From an uncultured Planctomycetota bacterium (GTDB lineage: Bacteria; Planctomycetota; Planctomycetia; Pirellulales; Thermoguttaceae), in NCBI GenBank assembly GCA_902797455.1, contig CADBTE010000237.1, positions 1-39,986 on the forward strand: a DNA stretch of 39,986 nucleotides, read 5' to 3'. Of this stretch, positions 25,201-32,100 are shown piece by piece. The translations under genes and the position numbers were made by a program. The notes below the pieces were generated by a model, which searched no databases, had not been told where the DNA came from, and saw only the letters and a list, made by a program, of their open reading frames with translations. How positions within the stretch are numbered: position 1 is the first letter of the stretch; every line of letters starts with the position of its first letter.

Positions 25201-25834
25201 CGCTGCAGGAGAACAGGACAATTCTGTCACAGTCCGAAGTGCTGACACCCGGAACTTTGGCCTGCATGCGAACGGCCGCGCCGCCGTCGATCTGGACGAC
25301 TTCGACCGACCAGGGAAGGAAAACGGTTGCCGAAGGCGCAAAGACCGAAAGCGAGATCGGATCTGAGGTCTTCGTTAAAGAGAACGAACCGTTCGACCAG
25401 GAGTAAAGTGAAAATACAATATTTTGGGTACTGGAGGTATCGGCGACCAAAAGATCGAATTTTCCATCGCCGTTGAAATCCCCCAGCGCCGCTGCGATGT
25501 CGACTTGAGAAAGATTCTTGTCGATGGCGGTCGTTTTCGCCGCGCCGTAGCCCCCCGCCGCGTCTTTGAGGTAGACGGAAACTGTCGAATCGGCCTTATT
25601 GACCGCGATCAGATCGTCGAAGCCGTCATGATTAAGATCGGCGGCGCCGATCAGATCGACATTCTCTTCGAAATCGACAATCGCCGATCCCGATTCGTAG
25701 ACATTACGCTCGGGAAAATTCTCAAAGCCCTGCCAGTCACCCACGGCGAGGAGAATCCGTCCCTCGAGGGGTTCCATTCTCATCGAACGGAATGAATGAC
25801 TGCGAGAGGAACGGGAGACAGAATGTTTCTTCAT
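22292..25834 (-). CDS. Giant surface protein 1 (about 1180 aa): LEPR-XLL-like N-terminus, FG-GAP/VCBS integrin-like repeats, cohesin-like + dockerin-like C-terminal modules
   Basis: ATG 25834 is preceded by AAGGAAG. The N-terminus is MKKHSVSRSSRSHSFRSMRMEPLEGRILLAV. Ca-binding FG-GAP loops are present (DLNHDGFDDLIAV, GDFNGDGKFDLLV, GDYNGDGSLDLLV, GDINGDGLTDIVF, GDINGDGKLDAVF). A cohesin-like block lies at about 23000-23200 and dockerin-like FDVNDDGAVDDADLAFFLKYY at about 22675-22850. Acidic C-tail. Confidence 0.85.
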   Translation of the reverse strand: MKKHSVSRSSRSHSFRSMRMEPLEGRILLAVGDWQGFENFPERNVYESGSAIVDFEENVDLIGAADLNHDGFDDLIAVNKADSTVSVYLKDAAGGYGAAKTTAIDKNLSQVDIAAALGDFNGDGKFDLLVADTSSTQNIVFSLYSWSNGSFSLTKTSDPISLSVFAPSATVFLPWSVEVVQIDGGAAVRMQAKVPGVSTSDCDRIVLFSCSAAGSFTATTGSPYGTVNGEGLVGSLTEGGHSFLVTVNKGAGRTCFNAYDVSVSYGKASFAYAVQSWNYTAGTAISMTEPLGAVASGQNLYYCNTKKLVSLTLSLDEAARTGSFGDASAVAFSGFSSSTRSVAMASGAFASVSSTDLIAVSGTDYVFFNATGGESPFSPVSLVTQPDYFASWEGDYNGDGSLDLLVAGASGIWLFADSDLSAQPIQLGNLNGTASSAVFGYFGTGTAGMKDDKIDVAVLYEGKVGIFYQGVDGRFTPEGVVSEGSCTVTFESVPSTAYTTLIASGDVLGKTDASPADQIVVGFYHTAQGSEQSGLYLSVIDPLQEVGAMIVSNRCVESQFTSSHELTALWVGALCAGSDPYADVLYTVCRTGNAASTIVVLDNTTGSVDAAVRKTISAVPRGQYVFLYNPYQPVSVACGDINGDGLTDIVFLSKGTGALDAAIGYVLQTGEGFSTVTYVLNTSGSGEAGGNNHRPDEGFPGDNPPVTLNGGIDQIGEVGGLTLGDINGDGKLDAVFTVNNAGRSKFYWALGKDGDSRFNLPVYNTLAGDDADGVNFQGTDGELLAAPYLLVSAADRGTGEPSVYAVKGKTVLRLDPSYEKDTEGTMTVVIRGLNGTVASAAMTVDQIKDQNFVYDWLDEWSSFYVEIWGAPSTSSTITQFSAELSFRAGYYVYSDVEAGTGFTVTADDSTAGKVTVSGFAGTPVTVASGKQVLLARVKMAPVEGGGIFLDDLANVGVFQAFTNSETFNLLVSKDSQSINQSNGVNTVTESLNTTTYFPVRFDVNDDGAVDDADLAFFLKYYAQRPVGKYKILLVDTNPGATTISDYDLSYFLAGYGWSYDGIRGVSYRTGGFYKDAGFDPYLLGWTVRPNSIVSSALESDCFVVSAFERPSAAAQSSPSDAVIVEALDALRDDAVPAALAAVPFAAESDRTDWLFDFEEDAAAEEKIDSELLDYDIPVMD

Positions 25835-26029
25835 CGTCAATGGCTTCCTTCGTCAAAGCTTCCTGGAATAATGGGGACTTCCCTGTTTATCGCCCTCATA
25901 GAAGAAATGCACGGCATCTCCCCTAGAGTGTAATGACTTTATGAAATCTTTTCAAGGGATCAGCCCGGGAACGGAAAAAAACACCCCAAAGCGGGAGTGA
26001 GTCCCGGCCGCCCTCGCGGGCGCTTTTTT

Positions 26030-26072
26030 CAAGAAAAAGCCCCGTCGGATTCTACCAAGGATCTGATGGGGC
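26030..26072 (-). terminator. Probable intrinsic terminator after giant gene 2
   Basis: The minus strand reads GCCCCATC-(18-nt loop)-GACGGGGC followed by TTTTTCTTG, about 60 nt after the stop at 26133. The stem has one A:C mismatch. On the plus strand the same stem is perfect with one G:U pair and is followed by TTTTTG. Confidence 0.5.
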
Positions 26073-26132
26073 TTTTTGCTTTCGATCCGGGCGGGGCGGA
26101 CCGCCGCCGGGGAGAGGTGGGCTTCTCAGAAC

Positions 26133-29100
26133 CTAGAGAAGATCCTCCTCCAGACCATCCCCGGCAAAGAACCCTTCCTCGTCGCTTTGACTTTCGGAAC
26201 CTTCACCCAAGGCAAAGTCGTACTCGTCATCCGACTCGACGATCTGGCTAAAGGACTGTGCCGCCATGAGTTCGTCGACCGCGGCGCTGTGCCGCGCCTC
26301 CAGCGCCGACTCGTCGTACCGGCGGAGATTGCCGATCGCCAATCCCGAATCGGCCAGCGATTGGGCCAAACGGGTATCGAGGAAATAGACCGAATGATCC
26401 TCCGACGCGGCGGCCGGCCCCACTTCGATCTTCGAAGCGGCCATCGCCTCGCAAAGCGGTGTGTCGACACAGATCGCCGTCATCGAATTGACTGCCCCGG
26501 CGGTCGACCCCCCAGCGTCTCCACCGGTCAGAGTATCGAGAATCGCCCGTGCCGCGGCGATATCCTGCTCGGTCAGTTCCTTGCGCTGACCAACCTCCAC
26601 CCCGTAGTACATCACATCGGCGATATCGTCGGAGTGCCCCTCGGCGTTGAGGTAATCGAAAGTGGTCATCACCGTCATATAGGCGGCACTGGTCGGATCG
26701 AATCCGTAGAAGTGCCCCAGCTCGTGGAGGATCACCGTGTAGAGATCGTACCGCGAAGCGTCGACAGGATCACTGAGCTGCGAATACCAGAGTTTCCCGG
26801 CCGCGTCGTCATCGATGTAGATGATGCCGCTCTTGATCACCCCGTTGACATCGACCTGCGTGACCTGCGCCTGGGCCAGCGTCTCGGAATCGGCAAAGTC
26901 TTTCACCGCCAGCGTCACCGAGACGGACTCATCCAAACCGAGCGCCTCAACCCACGCCTGGTTGGCCGCGTCGTAGACGGTGCCGACCAGAGCGATCTGA
27001 TCGGTGCTGAGCGTCGTCCCGACATAGCGCTGCGTGAAGGTCTCGGGAAGAAGGATCGTGCGATTCCCCGAGACGACATCTTCCTTGGTCGCTCCGTAGA
27101 GACTCAGGAAGTAAAGGAGGTCGGCATCGTCAATCGATCCGTCGCGGTCATAATCGGAACCGACTTTGTAAGAATTGCCGGCAATACCGTGGCCGTACGC
27201 GACGAGGAATTTCGCCAGGTCGGCGTCGGTAATCGCGCCGTCGTCATCGGTATCGTAAGGATTCGCCCACAGCTCGACGGTCTGCTTCAGACCAACGCTC
27301 ACCTCGGTATTTCCCGAGAGGGTATAGAGGTCCGCCGCGGTGAGCTCCCAAGACAGGGCGATCGGATCGGCCGTGGCGCTCCAAGCGACGGTGTCCCCTT
27401 CACCTGACTGCCACGCCACCCGGGCCAGGAGAACCAGTCCCGTGCCCGCGATCCCACCGTCGGCCGCCAAGGCGCTGACGGTAATCAGGCCGTTGTCGGC
27501 ATCGATCGAGTAAAGACCATCGCTGAACATCGAGCCGAACTCGACACTCGCCGCGGTAAAGTACCCCGGGGTGTAGGAGAACTGCGCCGAGGCCCCCAGG
27601 TAGGTCTCCAGCTCAGAGGCCTTAACCCAGATCTCGGTGAAGTGGGACTGCCACTCGTGGAGGTACTCGGTGTTGCTTACCAGGGTACTGTCGACACGGC
27701 TTTCGTCGGTGGCCTGAGCCACCGTACGGAGATAGACGCCATTGTCGGCAATCACCTCGATCCCGCTTAAACCGACCACGCGCTGCGGCACGACCACCCC
27801 CTGATTGAGGCGGATCTGCGTATCGTTGAGCTTGGTATCGAGCGTCTCCCCCCTGGGAACAAGGTTCAAGCCCTCTTTAAAGGGGGTGATATTCTGAGAC
27901 GGATACTGCTTGGTCACCGCGCCGATGGTGATCGAGTGATCGGCCATGCACTTCGTCCCGCTCTGGCTGGTCGCCGCCTTGACGACCACCTTCATACGGC
28001 ACACGAGGTAGGCCTGGGAACCGTCCTTCACGTTAAAACCGCCCGTACTGGAGAGCGAAACATCACGCAGACGCGCTCCCAGGTCGTAGTCTTCCGCGCC
28101 ATTGACGTTGATCTGGCCGTCGTCGTACATGTCGCTGTGCATGCCGAAGATCGGATTAACGCCGATCAATCCAGTCTCATCCTCATCCCAGATATGAATC
28201 GACTCAATGTTCGAGGAGTTGTGATTCAGCTGGAAAGAAACCATCGTCAGTCTGAAGTCTTCCCCACTGAATTTCCCGTTGGTATCACGGAACCAGACCT
28301 CGAGGTAGTACCAGTAGTTATCGTTAACCGCGTCGTAGTTTCCGAGGGTATCGACGTCCGTCGTCTCAAGCTTTTCGTAGTCCGCCGTTCTCCCGTTGAG
28401 GTTCGCCGTCGTCGCCGTATTCGTCCCGTAGAGGATCAGATTCGCCGTGCACTGCTCCTCGTCGGCCAGTTTGACCTGGAACAGATTCGAGGAAACCGAA
28501 TTGGTCCCGTCACTGACGGTGATCTTGGCATAGACCGGGGCGGTATTGAGCGTCGAGGCGTAATCGGCGGTCTTCAGCTCGATACTGGTATTGCCGCTGG
28601 AGTCGGTCACCATTCGATACTGTCCGACAAAGTGGGCGGCGCCATCGTTCCAACTGACGTCGGTCCACTCGGTCGCGTAGGCCAAATCGGCAAGTTTGCT
28701 CACCCCCTGCGAGGTGGAATAGATAGCCGCCGTCGTGTTCTCGGCTATGTAGGCGCCAGTGAAATGGCCGGAGAGCGGGAGCGTCAAAATACCGTCGTAG
28801 GATCCGTCGGCGTAGGCGAAGTGGGTCGTCTGCACGGTGTAGGCGGTGACAAACCGAGGCGCTTCATACCAACCTTCCACGGCCACAGCGGCTGTCGCGG
28901 CATCGGAATCAAGACCGTGAGTGTCGGCGACGGTGAAGTTCACCGCGAGAGAAACGGTTGAACCGATCGCCAGCTTCGGGAAGAGCGCGCGCAGCTTGGC
29001 GATATCGAAGACGACCGTCTTCGAATCGGTCAACGACCAGCAGTCGGCCGGCAGATCTTTGACCGTGCCGCCGTCCTCGTAGGTGATCGAGGAGACCGCC

Positions 29101-32100
29101 GCGGTTTGGGCATAGTCATCGATATCTGGGTCTTCCGCGCCGCTGGTCAGATCGAGCGCAGTCTGCGTACCGGCGGCCAGATCGACCGTTCCGGTGAGCG
29201 TTGTCGAGGCAACCGGGGCGTCGTTCTTCCCGACAACGGTGACCGTCAGGGTCTTGATTCCTTCTTTGACACTCGCGCCGGCGGAGTCTTTCACCAGGAA
29301 GGTGACCGGGATCGCGACGGTATCGTCCTGCGCCAGCTTTAAGAAATCGCTCGTCAGCGCGGCAAGATCGATACTCACCTCACCGGTGGAAGCGACCGAG
29401 ATCGCGCCGGGAGAAATCGTGAACGTATGCCCATAGGCCGTCACACTCGTCGGAACCGAGACATTGGCCACCGACAGCGCATTCCCATCAGGGTCGACCA
29501 CACCGTCGAGAATATTCAGGATATCTTTGTCGGTGTCGTACTTCACCGTCTGGTTGATCAGATTCACGTCGGCGGTATGGTCGTTCGCGCCGTACGGGGC
29601 GTCGTTGACACCGATAACGTTGAAGTCGTAAGCAATCGACTCGGTCACCGCGCCGGCCTTGTCACAAACGACGAACGAAATCGAATCGGCCGCGGTTTGA
29701 CCGGCCGGGAGGTTCGGAACCCTTTCGGCGCGCCCGGCGACGTTATAGCTGCACGAGGTGATCCCGCTGGCGTTTTTGACCAGCGTCAGCGTCGCGCCGG
29801 AGGCGAACGCCTGAGTGAACGTATTGCCCGACCATCCCGCGGTCTGGGCGGTAATCGTTGTCCCTTCGACGGTCACACTCTGGAAGTAGAGGGTAGTATC
29901 GTTCAAGTCGATATCCTCGGCGAACATCGCGGGGGTGATCGACACCGGTGCCGAAGCGGTTGATTCCTCGATATTGGCCGAACCGGTCGGGGCGTCGGCC
30001 TTTTTGGTCGGCGCTTCGTTTTTGCCCAGTACCGTCACGGTCAGTGACCTTTCGCCCTCGGCGACAACCAGTCCCTGATCATCGCTGATGGTAAATTTCA
30101 CCGCAATTTCTGCCGACTGACCAAGCCCAAGCTTCACGAAATCGCCGGTAAGCTTGTCGACATCGACCGAAACCGTCCCATCGGCGGCAACAGTGACCGC
30201 CCCCTCGGAGAGGGTGAACGTGGTTCCGTAGGCGGTGACCGTCGCGGGGACGATCCACGTCGTGCTCAGACTTCGACCTTCGGGATCGACAACGCCGTCG
30301 AAGATATTCAGCGTCGCCGAGCCGGTGTCGTACACCACCGCGCCGGTGGTCAGATCGACCGAGGCGGTATGGTCGGCCGCGCCGTAAGGAGCGTCGTTGA
30401 TACCGGTGATATTGACGGTGATGGGATTGTTCGTCGAGGGGACATCCCAGACGACACCGTCTGAGGTGTAGCCGTCGATCGTATAGTGGTAGGTCACGTG
30501 CAGCTCGGCCCCATCGGCGAGGAAGGAGAGGAACGTCCCGTCGTTGCTGAAGGTAAACATCTTCGACGCGCCGTCGACCGACGCGGCCTCGCTGAGCTGC
30601 TGGATAAACGCCGTGTACCGATCCGCCGTCCAGCCAAGATGATCCTTGATCTGCTCGCCGGTATAAGTTCCGGTCGAATCACTTAAGGCAACCGTATGAA
30701 CCGGAAGCTCGCCGAGCGTCTTGAAACGCACATCGGTAACAGTCGCGGTCGCCTTGTCGGGATCGATGAAGGTGTTTTCCGACAGATCCTTCGAAATGAG
30801 CGCGACATCTTCGGTGATCGCGGGCAGATCGATCGCGGCGGCCTCGACACCACTTTTGTCTTGAATGGTGAGATTGATCGTGTGATCCTGAACGTCGGCC
30901 TCACCGTCGAGATTCTCAGAGGTGAAGGCAAGAACATAGTCACCCGGAGGCAGAATCGGCGAGGGCCCCGTCACCGCGTCTTGTTTCACAAAGAGCGTCA
31001 CCTTGCCGCCGGTTGCCTCCATCTTGAAATACTGCGCCAGGTCAGTATCATCATTGGCCTTCGTGACAGTAAACTCGTACGCCTGGCGCCCGCTGCCGGG
31101 AAGCGCGTCACTGAAGAAACCGAGCCGCTCGGTCGCCGGAATCCACCCCTCGACCGCGGGAGACTTATTGGTGATCTTCAAGGTTGTCGGATTTTCGGGA
31201 TCCATCTCAAGCGGATCGAACCGGCCGACCACCTCGACGGCGGCGTCGGCGGTGTCCGAGGTCAGCCGGCCGTCGGAAACTTGGTAGGTGAAACCGACGA
31301 GGCGGGTGTCGCCTTTCGCCAGATCCCACTTCAGGGCATCGCCGGCGGCGGTGTAGATGAGGACCTGTTCCCCACCGACGATCGAGACGGTCAGATACCC
31401 GACATACTGATCGTTGTCATACAGATCGATCACCTGAGGATTGGTCTGCGTCGCGGTGACCGCGACATCGTTGATTTTGACCAGCGTGACCGGGTCCTTG
31501 AAATCAACATCGTTCGAATTGGCCCGCCAGTCGATCACGACAGAATCGCCGGCGTCGACCGAAACGGAGATATCCTGAGCGGTCGGCGCCTGGTTTGTCC
31601 CGGTGATCGTCACCTGGATATCTTCGATAGTCGTTCCCCCCTTGCCGTCACTGACTTGGAAGCTGTAAGCCAGCGTAGCGGTTACCGTCTCGGGGAGCGC
31701 CTTGAAAATCTCCGAGCCGGGCGTGAATACATACTCTTGCCGCGCGGCGTCCCAAGTCAGCCAGGTCGAGAAATCGGCCCCATCGACAATGGCCGCGATC
31801 CCCTCCGGGGCGTTCCCGCTGAAGACCACATCTTCGCCGGACGGACAGCTGTTAAGCGTATAGACCAGCTCGGAGGCCGGCGTATCGGCGTCGGTCACTT
31901 TCGAAGAGGCCGAAGCGGCCGTATCGACGTCGCTTAAGGCGATATCGACCGTGCCATGCGCCACCGGAGCGTCGTTGACACCGGTAATCATCACTGTCAC
32001 GTCGCCGCCGCGAAGCGTACCGGAAATCGCCTCGCCGTCGATCACCAAGTTAGTCAGCGAATAGCCGAACGACAGAGTCAGCGAGTCTCCCTCGGCGAGA

